Shown here: piece by piece, positions 1 to 9,710 of the stretch | How positions within the stretch are numbered: the stretch's first letter is position 1 | Layout: each line of letters starts with the position of its first letter | Source of the DNA: Myxococcota bacterium | GTDB taxonomy: Bacteria; Myxococcota_A; SURF-8; G963663525 | NCBI GenBank assembly: GCA_963676915.2 | Contig: CAXXVK010000072.1 | Location: 1 to 64,000 of the forward strand | DNA: 64,000 bases | Reading direction: 5' to 3' | Program-made: the position numbers and the translations under genes | The notes under the pieces: model-generated | What the model was told of the DNA's origin: nothing | Databases searched by the model: none | What the model saw: the letters and a program-made list of their open reading frames with translations, nothing else

Positions 1-307
1 CCGAACCGGGTTCGATCGCTGCAAGGCAAACCGCCAACGCTTCGCAGGACATCGCCTGGAGCACGCAGGAGGCGAAATCCTCGCCGTAACGACCTTCCTC
101 GCAGTCGGTCAGGCACGAGGAACTGGCGAAATCGGCGGAATCGTCACCGGACAGGCATTCTTCCCGCGAAATTCTCGAACACGCTTCCTCGCAGGCGGTC
201 AGTTCGTTGAGCGCCGCGTCAAGATCTTCCTCGCCACAGGCAAGTATTCCGTAAGTGATGGATAAAATCGATAGGAAGAAAAGAAAGGTTTTGCAAGAGG
301 ATGCCAC
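1..307 (-). CDS. Cys-rich lipoprotein, runs off the window edge (partial)
   Basis: Hand translation from GTG at 307: MASSCKTFLFFLSILSITYGILAC-GEEDLDAALNELTACEEACSRISREECLSG...; hydrophobic signal with ILAC lipobox; no stop before base 1; not in the ORF track. Confidence 0.7.
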   Translation of the reverse strand, partial: MASSCKTFLFFLSILSITYGILACGEEDLDAALNELTACEEACSRISREECLSGDDSADFASSSCLTDCEEGRYGEDFASCVLQAMSCEALAVCLAAIEPGS

Positions 308-417
308 GGTTGAAAAGTCCTGTAATTTCTCAAACATAAAACACTTTAAGTATAACTGCTTTTTACGAAAAATGGCAAGTTTGCCGGAGAAAAGCCGGAA
401 AAAGAAAACATCGAGAC

Positions 418-451
418 AAAAAACGGGTCGAGGCAGTAAGCCCCGACCCGT
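418..451 (-). terminator. Intrinsic terminator after the porin gene
   Basis: Plus-strand acgggtcg-aggc/gcc-ccgacccgt stem preceded by an A-run (U-tract on the minus strand), just past the stop at 474. Confidence 0.65.
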
Positions 452-473
452 GACGCTTCGAAGAGATCGAAGA

Positions 474-2006
474 TCAGAACTTGTAGCAGAAAGTGGTCTG
501 GGCGCGATGGTCCACGGCCATTTCCTTCTTGGTCTTGACGGCTCCGCCGGTGCTGGCACCCACAGGACTGCTTTGAATCAGGCGGTATTCGGTGAAGAAG
601 TAACCGTACTGGGCGGAAATCGAGAACCCGCCACCCAGGGTGAAGGTCGAGCGCAAGAAGCCAACGCCGGTCAACCAACGGGCGGCTTCATACTGGCTCT
701 GGTTGGCCCAGACGATCTGGCCGTCTTTGACTTCGGATACGGGCTTGGGAAGATCGTTGTCTTCCGGGTCGTCCATGGCGAAACCGGCGGCCACTTTGAG
801 CCACGTCAGCGGAGTGTAGGTCAGGTCGGCCCAGAAACCCATCGCCGCAATGGCTTCACCACTATAGGTGTTCACGCCTTGCAATGCGCCGCCGTAGATG
901 TCTTTCAGGTTCACGCCGTAGAAAACTTCGCCGCGCAGCACGAGTTCGTCGATGATCGGCATGCTCAGTTCGCCGATGACGGACCAGGAATCGAAGCTGT
1001 CGTTTTTCTTCAGGCCGATCGGAGTCTGCGTTTGTTCTTGCTGATAGTGGCCGCTGATACCAACAACGAAGGATTTCTGGGTCCACAGGGGACGATCCAC
1101 GGCCAAGCGCCATTGAATCTGCGGCATTCCGGCGTCTTCGCCGTCGTTGTTGCCGTCGCCGTCATTGTCGTGACCGCTCACGGTGCTCGGACGAGCTACG
1201 GCGATCTGGCCGATGAACACGCCCTGGTCATCGAATTTGGGCTTGAAGGTCAAGCGAGCCTGCGGACGACGACCACCGGTATTACCCATCCACCAAGTGG
1301 CACCGTTATCGATGCTGGCCGGGTACATCGGGGAGATTACGTCGAAGGTCTGACCGGCCAGGAATTCGAACCAGCCCCAATCCAGGGAGAAATACAGGTG
1401 ACGCCAACGGGGCACGGCTTTCCAGTCACCGGTGGAGATGTCTCCGCCGAAGAAGTCGATTTCCGCTTTCGCCGAAATCTTCGCACCGATTTCCTTGATT
1501 TCCTGCCCTTTGAGGTTCAAACCAAGGCGGCTGGCGCGTGGGTTGACCTGGAATTCGTTGTCGTTTTTGTCGCCGGTCGGAACCACAGCCGCCGCATCAT
1601 CGCTCCAGTGTTTTCCACCGTTGCGTTTGATGAACAGCGCCCAGTTGCCGGAGTTCGTCCGGGTGGTGTCGTAGATCAGGTCGAGATTGACGTTTCCGTA
1701 AATCTCGATGTATTTACCGGCCGAAGTAAACACATTGGCTTCGCGCTTGGGTTCGGGAGCGGCGGGTTTCGTGGATTGCTCTACCAGGACACCCAAATAC
1801 TTCGGGGGCTCGACGGTTTTGGCCGGAGCCAGTTCCACGACTTCCGAAGCGGCGGGAGCGGCGGCTTCCTCGGGAGCAACGGCTTCCATGGGAGCGGGTT
1901 CCGGGGTTTCGGTGGCGTCTTCGGCGAGAGCCGACGATCCGAAACAAATCATCATAAACAGGGCCATCAGGGGGACGGATACGGCAAGTCTTTGGATTCT
2001 CTGCAT
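474..2006 (-). CDS. Outer-membrane beta-barrel porin, DcaP-like
   Basis: Signal peptide, Pro/Glu-rich linker, SRLGL...EIDFFGG...RWRHLY...LAGQT pattern, amphipathic strands, terminal YKF beta-signal. Confidence 0.75.
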   Translation of the reverse strand: MQRIQRLAVSVPLMALFMMICFGSSALAEDATETPEPAPMEAVAPEEAAAPAASEVVELAPAKTVEPPKYLGVLVEQSTKPAAPEPKREANVFTSAGKYIEIYGNVNLDLIYDTTRTNSGNWALFIKRNGGKHWSDDAAAVVPTGDKNDNEFQVNPRASRLGLNLKGQEIKEIGAKISAKAEIDFFGGDISTGDWKAVPRWRHLYFSLDWGWFEFLAGQTFDVISPMYPASIDNGATWWMGNTGGRRPQARLTFKPKFDDQGVFIGQIAVARPSTVSGHDNDGDGNNDGEDAGMPQIQWRLAVDRPLWTQKSFVVGISGHYQQEQTQTPIGLKKNDSFDSWSVIGELSMPIIDELVLRGEVFYGVNLKDIYGGALQGVNTYSGEAIAAMGFWADLTYTPLTWLKVAAGFAMDDPEDNDLPKPVSEVKDGQIVWANQSQYEAARWLTGVGFLRSTFTLGGGFSISAQYGYFFTEYRLIQSSPVGASTGGAVKTKKEMAVDHRAQTTFCYKF

Positions 2007-2343
2007 GTTTCACTCCATTGTCTCGTGCAAAAAAAGCCCGTTCCTCAACCGGCTTCCCGGTTGGGGCTGATAAAAAACGGATTGAATTGTATCGTTTCGT
2101 TACGCTTTAGCTCCATCGATGACCTTTGTCATCTCCGAAGTTGTGTAAGCCCTTACTCCAATTGAACGGAAATCTCAAGAAACCTTTACGATTTTTCAAG
2201 AAAAATCACGATTCATCGCGTTTTTTCTACTTATTTTCCTTGTCTTTATCAAAAAAAACTCCCCGATCCGCTATCCATACGCGAAATCGGGGAGCACTTG
2301 GACGTTGTGTTGAAAGGGTAACGTATCGAATCCGGGTTCCTAC

Positions 2344-3831
2344 TTACTCGACGCGTAAATACTGCACGGAAGGCGTCAGTGTGATGTTCAATGTTCCCTC
2401 GGCGCTTTCGCTGCCGATTTCCGAGCCGTCGATGCCGTAGATCGTCACGGTGGAATACCCATCGGGGAGCGTCAATTCCCAATCGTAGGAGGTATCTTCA
2501 CCACCCACGTCGTCGGTACCATCCTCGAAGCGGTCGGGAACGTCCCGGCCATCCCAGGCGGCGATCGTCAACAGTCCGTCATCCTCCACAAATGCGTAGG
2601 CATACACGTCATTGGGCAATCCCAACAGCGGCGAAAGATCCCGTGCGAAGCGAGACTGTCCCAGCATGTCAGCCACACCTTTCATGGCTTCCCAGGATGG
2701 CTTGGTGCGTCGTACGGTGCCATCCTCACCTCGATAACCGAAGAGACCGAAATTGGATTCCTGGGGTCGTGAACCACCGCGAGGAGCGGTGTCCCAGAAC
2801 GTGTACCAGAAATAGGCTTCCACTTCGTCGGCGGCGGCAATCAGAATGCTTCGAGCCAGATATCGTCCTTGGTTTTCCTCGCTGATAGAGTAGCTAGGCC
2901 AGCCCATCTCGGTGTACCACAGAGGCCGGTCAGGACAACCGATGGCTTCGAGCTGTTCGCGGGCAAGGCGGGTCATCCAGGATTGACCCTCGTAGTGAAT
3001 CTCGTCCGTCAAGTAGTAATCCTGCTCCGACGGGGGATTTTGATTGAGCGTGTACGGGTGCATGCCGAACACGTCGAAATAGTCGCAGATATCCGGGTGA
3101 GCTTCCGCCGTTTCACGCAAAAAGGCCCAGCGTTCCAGAGGCCAGGTTTCGTCCCACGAACTGCAACCTCCGAACAGCACTTGTGCATCCGGGCAGGCCG
3201 CTTTGATTTCGGTATAGGCGGCTTTCAGCATTTTTCCATAATGGTCCGGGTCCGGTACCGGTTTCCAGAAACGGTAAAGGTTGGGTTCGTTCCAGATTTC
3301 GTAATGTTTGAGGTCGTCGCAGAATCGTTCGGCGACTTTCCCGGCATACTCGCCGTATTCGGCGGGATCGATGGTGCTATACTCACCGTCGGTAATGGCC
3401 CAGTCCACGGTATAGGCCAGCATCGCCAGAATGGACATGTCTCTCTCTTTGGCCATTGCCACCTGAGTGGCTACGGCGTCCATATTCCATTCGTCGTCGG
3501 CAGGCTCGATTTTATGCCAGTGATAATCCTCGCGAATACGGATGCCGCCCAGTTCCACGTAGTGTTCGAATTCGAAATCGCGGTGGGCGTTTTCTCCCTC
3601 GCTTTGCTGCATATGCGTGGAAACCCCAAGGATATCCACAATTTTGGAAGCACGACCCTCCAAGCCTTCCCAGGGATCGACGGCCGCTTCTTGCTCGTCT
3701 TCCACATCTACTTCGGCTTCCAATTCCGTGTCGGAATCGCCTTGGGGAAGCTCATCGTTTGCGTCATTGTCATCCCCGCAACCGACTGCCATCAACGAAA
3801 ATATTGCAAAAAGAATCACCCAATGTTTCAT
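2344..3831 (-). CDS. Lipoprotein glycoside hydrolase, clan GH-A (GH39/GH5-like)
   Basis: MAVGC lipobox; EIWNEPN (acid/base) and WYTEMGW (nucleophile) motifs; start moved to ATG 3831, which has an upstream GGAG. Confidence 0.8.
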   Translation of the reverse strand: MKHWVILFAIFSLMAVGCGDDNDANDELPQGDSDTELEAEVDVEDEQEAAVDPWEGLEGRASKIVDILGVSTHMQQSEGENAHRDFEFEHYVELGGIRIREDYHWHKIEPADDEWNMDAVATQVAMAKERDMSILAMLAYTVDWAITDGEYSTIDPAEYGEYAGKVAERFCDDLKHYEIWNEPNLYRFWKPVPDPDHYGKMLKAAYTEIKAACPDAQVLFGGCSSWDETWPLERWAFLRETAEAHPDICDYFDVFGMHPYTLNQNPPSEQDYYLTDEIHYEGQSWMTRLAREQLEAIGCPDRPLWYTEMGWPSYSISEENQGRYLARSILIAAADEVEAYFWYTFWDTAPRGGSRPQESNFGLFGYRGEDGTVRRTKPSWEAMKGVADMLGQSRFARDLSPLLGLPNDVYAYAFVEDDGLLTIAAWDGRDVPDRFEDGTDDVGGEDTSYDWELTLPDGYSTVTIYGIDGSEIGSESAEGTLNITLTPSVQYLRVE

Positions 3832-4026
3832 TATGAATTCTCCCAAGTTACCAAAACCGTGATTGTTTTCTTTTAGAGAAACAATATTTTGGTACTGTAT
3901 AGCTTAGGAGAAGGAGGAATCGCAACTCTTTGGTTTTTTTGCTTTGTACATGGTAAAAGATAGACAAATTAGATACACTCGACTCAAAATTGTTTAAATT
4001 ATATCCCCAATCCGAACAGGCCGAAC

Positions 4027-5007
4027 ATGCTTAATGAATCGCAACGTCAGGAAATCCAGGATCGACTGGGCAACGAAACACGCTCTCTGAATTTGTTGCT
4101 CGAATTCAATGGGGAAAGCCAAGAGCTCAACAACCGGCTTTGCGAGTTGACCAGCGATCTCAGCAGACTGGTACCGGCGATTTCCAGCCGCGAACAGGCC
4201 GTAGCCAAGCATTTGTCCTGGATCGAAATCGTCGCGGAACAAGCACGAGGCGTGTATTATTCGACCACACCGTTAAAAGGAGAATGGCCGCCGTTTCTGC
4301 GAACCCTCGAACGGGCGGTACAGGGGGAAAGGCTTTCGTTGAAACCGAGCCAACTGGCCGATATCACGACCGAACCCATTCGCCTGGATGTTTACGTGAT
4401 GCCGGAATGCGTCCACTGTCCCAAGGTGGTCGAACGCTGCAATCAACTGGCGATCGGTCTGGAAAACGTGGAAAGCTGGATCATCGACGCTACGATGGTG
4501 CCGGAAAAAGCGCGGGAGTTGGGTATTCGCTCGACGCCGACGATTGTTATCGACAACAAAATCCGTTGGGTAGGCGATGCTACATTGGATCAGTTGCTGG
4601 GTTTGCTCAAGCCGGTCGAAAATCCCTGGCCCGCCGTCCTAAAATCTCAAATCATGATCGGAGCGTACGAAGATATCGTCGAGCAGGTTTTGAACGACCC
4701 GGAAGCGGCGGAAGCTTTGCCGCAATTGTTGGAATCTCCAGAGTTTTCCCTGCACCTTGCCGTGACTCGTATTGTGGAAGAAGCCGCCGCGAAAGACCCT
4801 GAAAAAGCAAGGCATCTGGCCGAACCGTTGTGTCGGCGTCTGAAACATCCCGATGCACAGGTCCGTGGCGATGCCGCTTATGGGTTGGGCTTATTAGGTA
4901 TCAAAGATGTTCGGCAAAAATTGAAAGACTGCCTCGACGATCCGGACGAAGACGTACGCGAAACCGTCGAAGAAGCTTTGGAAATGCTCGACGATCTCGA
5001 CAACTGA
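4027..5007 (+). CDS. Thioredoxin/glutaredoxin-like (AhpF-N/PDO-like) domain fused to HEAT repeats
   Basis: CVHC motif, IRSTPT cis-Pro loop; C-terminal HPDAQVRGDAAYGLG and DPDEDVRE HEAT-like repeats. Confidence 0.7.
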   Translation: MLNESQRQEIQDRLGNETRSLNLLLEFNGESQELNNRLCELTSDLSRLVPAISSREQAVAKHLSWIEIVAEQARGVYYSTTPLKGEWPPFLRTLERAVQGERLSLKPSQLADITTEPIRLDVYVMPECVHCPKVVERCNQLAIGLENVESWIIDATMVPEKARELGIRSTPTIVIDNKIRWVGDATLDQLLGLLKPVENPWPAVLKSQIMIGAYEDIVEQVLNDPEAAEALPQLLESPEFSLHLAVTRIVEEAAAKDPEKARHLAEPLCRRLKHPDAQVRGDAAYGLGLLGIKDVRQKLKDCLDDPDEDVRETVEEALEMLDDLDN

Positions 5008-5021
5008 AACGGAACATACCA

Positions 5022-5549
5022 TCAGGCAGGTAGAACTTTTCCTTCGGAAACCTGCCAGCCTTCGAGTTTCAATAACCTGATTTTATTCTCGATTCCGCTG
5101 CTGAAACCTCCCAGCCCGTTCCCGGAAGCTACCACGCGATGACAGGGAACGAACAACGGTAGCGGGTTGGCTCCCACCGCTTGACCCACAGGACGCGCCG
5201 AACGGCAACCGATTCGCTGGGCAATATCGCCGTAGCTTCGCAGCTCTCCGTAGGGAATCTCCTGCAACGCTTTCCACACCCGCTCTCGAAACGCCGTTCC
5301 ACAAAAAGCTGGAATCATTGGAAACGTACCGGGATCGCGACCCTCATGATACGTTTCCAGCCATCGGTGCAAGGGAGACGAAAACGGAGCCTCTTCAAGC
5401 ATCACATCGGGATAAATGGTATGAATTCTTTGGGAAAATTCGTCGAGCGTCTGTGTCAAAGACGAGGCCAGCACCGTATTTTCCTTCCAGCACACAGCAA
5501 GATTTCCATGATCCGAAATCCAGTGAGACAGGAAAAGAAGATTTTTCAT
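5022..5549 (-). CDS. ogt: Methylated-DNA--protein-cysteine S-methyltransferase
   Basis: IPYGELRSYG and NPLPLFVPCHRVV active-site motifs. Confidence 0.93.
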   Translation of the reverse strand: MKNLLFLSHWISDHGNLAVCWKENTVLASSLTQTLDEFSQRIHTIYPDVMLEEAPFSSPLHRWLETYHEGRDPGTFPMIPAFCGTAFRERVWKALQEIPYGELRSYGDIAQRIGCRSARPVGQAVGANPLPLFVPCHRVVASGNGLGGFSSGIENKIRLLKLEGWQVSEGKVLPA

Positions 5550-5566
5550 GCTAGCCTTGACCGCCT

Positions 5567-6637
5567 TTATTTTTCGGGATTGTCAGGATCGGAGCCTTTG
5601 AACAGCTTGATGTAATCCAGTCCGATCGCATATCCCTGCGACATGGCGGTTTTTCCCGAGACACGAAGCCGCAACAGGTGCTCGCCTTCTTCCAGACAAA
5701 TCATTTCATACTGGATCGGTCCAACGATTTCGGCGTCGTTGGTGTCCCAAAGATTCATGTGCAGGCTGATGGTATCGTCTTTAGGTTGCGTGCTGTCCTC
5801 GTGGGAAAGTGGCTGCTCGTAGTCATCGAGATAGACCTGAACTTCTCCGAAATTCGTCGATCCTACAAACTCGAACGCCAGGATGTAGTAATACGTGAAG
5901 TCCACGTCGATTTTGAACACGAGTTCGAGCGGCTCCGTTGCGGTGGCGTAATCGTCGGGAGTGATATCGAGCTTGGCGTATTCTCCGATGCCGATGTTGT
6001 TCGAAGTCACTCGCACCGCCTTGCCGATCGGGTTGGACATCGCTTGCATGAACACCGTTTCTTCCGTGGCACTCGAGTTATAAACTCGTTCGATGTACCC
6101 CACCATGTCGGGATCGTATTCACAGGTGAGCGGCAGATCGTCGGCTATCTCTTCCTCTTCTTCGGCGATGTCTTCGTCGTCATCGTCTCCATCGATGGGA
6201 TTCTCGCAGAAGCAGCAGTCAAGCTCCTGGTCCACGATCATCTGATAGCCCACCGTCGTTTTGCACAGGTCGTTGCAATCGACGGCCAACCAGCCTTCGG
6301 TAGCATCGCAGACACGCACGGATTCGAAACCTTCGATGCATTTGGCTTCCCCGGCATTCGCCGCCGTGCAGACCAGAGAATTATCCGGTTCCTCGCAGGA
6401 ACAACAATCCAACTCGGCTGAGGAAATCAGGGTTTTGAAACTGCTGCAGCCCTTGGCGCAGGTCATTCCTTCCCAGTTTTCGTTGATACAGACTTCGATT
6501 TCACTTGGAGGAGACGCACATTGCACTTCCCCCGCCCGGCATCCGCCATCACCGTTGTTGGATTTGGAATCGTCGCAAGCGATTCCCCAAGACACGATTC
6601 CAATAGCTATTATTACGATCCAAGACAACTTCCGCAT
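5567..6637 (-). CDS. Lipoprotein: Cys-rich N-terminus, acidic linker, C-terminal jelly-roll/CBM-like domain
   Basis: MRKLSW...GIAC lipobox; two Cys-rich units; C-terminal LEEGEHLLRLRVSGK...GLDYIKL. Confidence 0.7.
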   Translation of the reverse strand: MRKLSWIVIIAIGIVSWGIACDDSKSNNGDGGCRAGEVQCASPPSEIEVCINENWEGMTCAKGCSSFKTLISSAELDCCSCEEPDNSLVCTAANAGEAKCIEGFESVRVCDATEGWLAVDCNDLCKTTVGYQMIVDQELDCCFCENPIDGDDDDEDIAEEEEEIADDLPLTCEYDPDMVGYIERVYNSSATEETVFMQAMSNPIGKAVRVTSNNIGIGEYAKLDITPDDYATATEPLELVFKIDVDFTYYYILAFEFVGSTNFGEVQVYLDDYEQPLSHEDSTQPKDDTISLHMNLWDTNDAEIVGPIQYEMICLEEGEHLLRLRVSGKTAMSQGYAIGLDYIKLFKGSDPDNPEK

Positions 6638-6821
6638 GTTTTTTCTCTTTGTCGATGACACGATAGTTCCCCGTTTCAGATCTTCTTTAGGATTGGACGA
6701 AACGAAGAATGGATTTTTCACGCCTTTTCTATGTTCTCAAGTGTTCCTGAAAAGAAACAATCGCTTTTTATTGTATCAAAATCCACCGTTCGAGTCCATT
6801 TCGGTACTTTTCGGGTGTAAA

Positions 6822-8186
6822 TCACTCGGGAATCAGTTCGATATCCAGGCTATCATTGGACAACCCAACCGTATAACCGTTCGATGCCGCATTTTTCCCC
6901 GTCACGCGGAAGCGTAGAAGATGTTCTCCCGCTTCCAGGCAAACGCTTTCGTAACCCGCCGAATCGCTGAGCAACACATCCCGACCGCCCAAGGCTCCCT
7001 CGGGAACGTACAGATCGATGTACTCCCAGTCTCCGCTTTCACTGCTGGTACGCAGGATTCGCTCGGGGCGATCGTCAATATACAACGACACCTGACCCCA
7101 ATCGCTCGAACGGATATAGCGTAAACGAAGCACGTAATTGAAATCGTGGCTGACCGTCGCTTTGAGAACGATTTCGGCATTCTCGGTCTGCGAAAATTCC
7201 GTGGGCGTCAGGGAAAGCCTAATGTATTCGCCCACATCTTCGTTCGTCGCTTCGACAATCGAGACGTTGCTTGTCGGATGAGAGTTGCTCAGGTCCGTCA
7301 GGTCGATGTCCCATTGCACGTCTCCCGCTTGGACACTTGTATCCGGCGTGCAGGGTAGGGCTTCGGGATCGCCGTCCGAAACGTCGGTCTGATCGACAAG
7401 ATCGTTCTCAATGGTTTCGTCGGCTTCGGGATCGTTATCGGTCGTGTCCTGATCGACGGTTTCGGTCGTGTCGAGATCCTCATCCGTGTCGAGAATATCC
7501 GTGTCGCCACCGTCCACGAAATCGTTGTCGGCGGGTTCCACTGTTTCCTCGTCTTCGTCGCCTGTGGTGGTTCCACCTGCACCCGTTTCCGCTTCTTTGC
7601 AAACGTCGCCGACACAGACTTCCACGATAGGCTCATGTCCGGCCCCGCAATCCACGGCGCGAATCTCCAGGGCATCCACTTCGTAATTATCGAAAACGAA
7701 ATGATATTCGGGCCACTCGTTGGGAAGAATGGCGTAGACTCTGAAGCGTGCGGTCAACTCGATTTGAGGCAGACCGGCCAAGTGAAACACCTGACCTTCT
7801 TCGAACGCCACCTTGGCTTCGTAGTCGGTATTGTCAATCTCGAACAGTACGAAGTTGAGGTAATCGCAAGAAGTATCTTCTTCGGAAGAACTACTCGAAG
7901 GAGCCGATGTTTCCTCATTTGCCGTCTCTTCGACCACTGCATCTTCGTCGCCGTCAAGCAACTTGGCGGAAGAAGACGTTCCAGCCGGAGACTTGTAGAG
8001 CGTCACCACTACATCGAGGTCCGAGGGATCTACGTCGTAGCTCAACACGCAACCTGCAACAGCTGACGCGATGACCAGAGCCGAAACGATCAAGAAGGCA
8101 CGAAGACGAGCCGTGAAAACAAACGGCAGGAAATGCCTGTTCGCCTCTTCTTTTCCTAAAGTATCGATTTTATTGTTAAAATTCAT
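6822..8186 (-). CDS. Lipoprotein with acidic linker and the same C-terminal CBM-like domain as its neighbour
   Basis: AVAGC lipobox; Asp/Thr-rich linker; CLEAGEHLLRFRVTGKNAASNGYTVGL; start uncertain. Confidence 0.65.
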   Translation of the reverse strand: MNFNNKIDTLGKEEANRHFLPFVFTARLRAFLIVSALVIASAVAGCVLSYDVDPSDLDVVVTLYKSPAGTSSSAKLLDGDEDAVVEETANEETSAPSSSSSEEDTSCDYLNFVLFEIDNTDYEAKVAFEEGQVFHLAGLPQIELTARFRVYAILPNEWPEYHFVFDNYEVDALEIRAVDCGAGHEPIVEVCVGDVCKEAETGAGGTTTGDEDEETVEPADNDFVDGGDTDILDTDEDLDTTETVDQDTTDNDPEADETIENDLVDQTDVSDGDPEALPCTPDTSVQAGDVQWDIDLTDLSNSHPTSNVSIVEATNEDVGEYIRLSLTPTEFSQTENAEIVLKATVSHDFNYVLRLRYIRSSDWGQVSLYIDDRPERILRTSSESGDWEYIDLYVPEGALGGRDVLLSDSAGYESVCLEAGEHLLRFRVTGKNAASNGYTVGLSNDSLDIELIPE

Positions 8187-9324
8187 AGCGCACCGTCGCA
8201 TTCACGGCTCTCGGAGCTACCCACGCTCCGACTTGAACCGGGTTCGGTTTGTATTCTCCCACGTTAAAGCCGTCGATGAAAAACATCGTGACCGACGTTG
8301 CCAGGATCGCTCCCGAAACGGCGTAGGCGATGTTGGTTCCCATGGCCAGAGAATCGGCCTCATCCTTCAACGAGGATTTGATCGTTCGCTTGTTTTTCCA
8401 GGCGTCGTTGTAATCGTCCTGTTTTTGTTGTGCAAGAAAGCCCAGAGCCACAGCGGTTCCGATTCCGGCCAATCCTACGCCCAGCGTTGTCCATTTGGTG
8501 ATGTCGTAGGCGGGATTCTCGTTGTAGTCGGAATAATCGGCCACATCCTGCACCGAATCTGCAGAAGTCACACGGCCTTGCAGCAGATCGATAGCCACCA
8601 CCGCCGCCAGTTTCGGCAGGTCGGCTTCATCGAGTTCCTCCACCCAGTCGGAGGCTTCTCGGATAACGTTTTCCGTGGCCATATCCACAAGTTTCAAATG
8701 AAGCGTTTGTTTTCCGTCGGCAGTAAGAATGTCGCCCTGAATCAGGTAATCCGCTCCGGCCAAAGACGCTTTATGGATGGCACATTCCAAACGAAAACAA
8801 GGGGTTGCGTCTTCTTCTTCCGTTCCGGCGAGAGCTTGACGCAACTCTTTGGGACGCATCACCCGCCGATAACCTTCCTTCCCGATGCGGCGCAGGATCG
8901 CACCCGTGGATTTGATTCGCCATTCCTTCGTGGCTTCCAACCCGTCGATGCGTTCCACTGCAATCGTCGCTCGGACATCCACCGACTCGTTCGGTGACAA
9001 TACCGTTGACGTGAAGTTTTCGGTTGAAACTTCATTTTCATCAGTGTTTACAGGGTTTTGGCTTTCTTCCGCTATGGCATCCTCGGCGGGTTCTTCCTCG
9101 GGTTCCACAGGGGGTTCCTCGTCAGCCTCGGCGGGTGTATCGTCGGTTGCCTCCGGCGATGCCTCGGCAGGAGCGTTTTCAACGGCTTCCGAATCCACCT
9201 CTGCGGGGGCGTCCTCGGCGAAGGCCGTACTCCACAGAAGAAGCAAAAAGATTCCTAAAATCCAACGGTTCGATCTCCCCGGAGCATGGCCCGGTTCCCG
9301 TCGTCCTATCGTGCACATCGGCAT
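8176..9324 (-). CDS. Exported protein: acidic linker, CsgG/TolB-N-like alpha/beta domain, hydrophobic hairpin, terminal beta-strand
   Basis: Signal peptide ending AFA; CFRLECA...GADYLIQGDI...LKLVD; two hydrophobic helices; ends VRYEF; start moved to ATG 9324. Confidence 0.6.
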   Translation of the reverse strand: MPMCTIGRREPGHAPGRSNRWILGIFLLLLWSTAFAEDAPAEVDSEAVENAPAEASPEATDDTPAEADEEPPVEPEEEPAEDAIAEESQNPVNTDENEVSTENFTSTVLSPNESVDVRATIAVERIDGLEATKEWRIKSTGAILRRIGKEGYRRVMRPKELRQALAGTEEEDATPCFRLECAIHKASLAGADYLIQGDILTADGKQTLHLKLVDMATENVIREASDWVEELDEADLPKLAAVVAIDLLQGRVTSADSVQDVADYSDYNENPAYDITKWTTLGVGLAGIGTAVALGFLAQQKQDDYNDAWKNKRTIKSSLKDEADSLAMGTNIAYAVSGAILATSVTMFFIDGFNVGEYKPNPVQVGAWVAPRAVNATVRYEF

Positions 9325-9710
9325 CTCTTTTCTCGTCCGAAACCAACTCATGATTGCCATTGGACGTTGGCAAGCGTAAAAAATCGACCGACATCCGATT
9401 CGTACCGTAATAGAGATTGAAATAAACGACACACCACCTCCCATTTTCCGGTTCCGTATTTCGAATGTCTGGTTATTCTTACCTCGAAACGGGATAACAG
9501 GCAAATCCGGTGTTCTTCTCTTAAAAGACAAGAAAACCTTCCAGCTTGCCCATAATCTGTCCCTGTGGTATTTTCCCGGTGTGGGAGACGGGTTCCGAAG
9601 GGAACCCCTTTGCAATGCTATCGGGGGAATGACGATTCCGACGTAGGGAAAGTATGATGTTGTTTGTTTTTCAAACCGTTGAAAGACAACGACACGGGAG
9701 AGTACCAAAC

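Noticed and set aside
255-2165. 636-aa plus-strand ORF
   Set aside because: Antisense shadow of the porin gene; no motifs, typical of GC-biased codon usage
3892-3910. SOS box (tactgtat)
   Set aside because: Only a half site; no matching CAG arm
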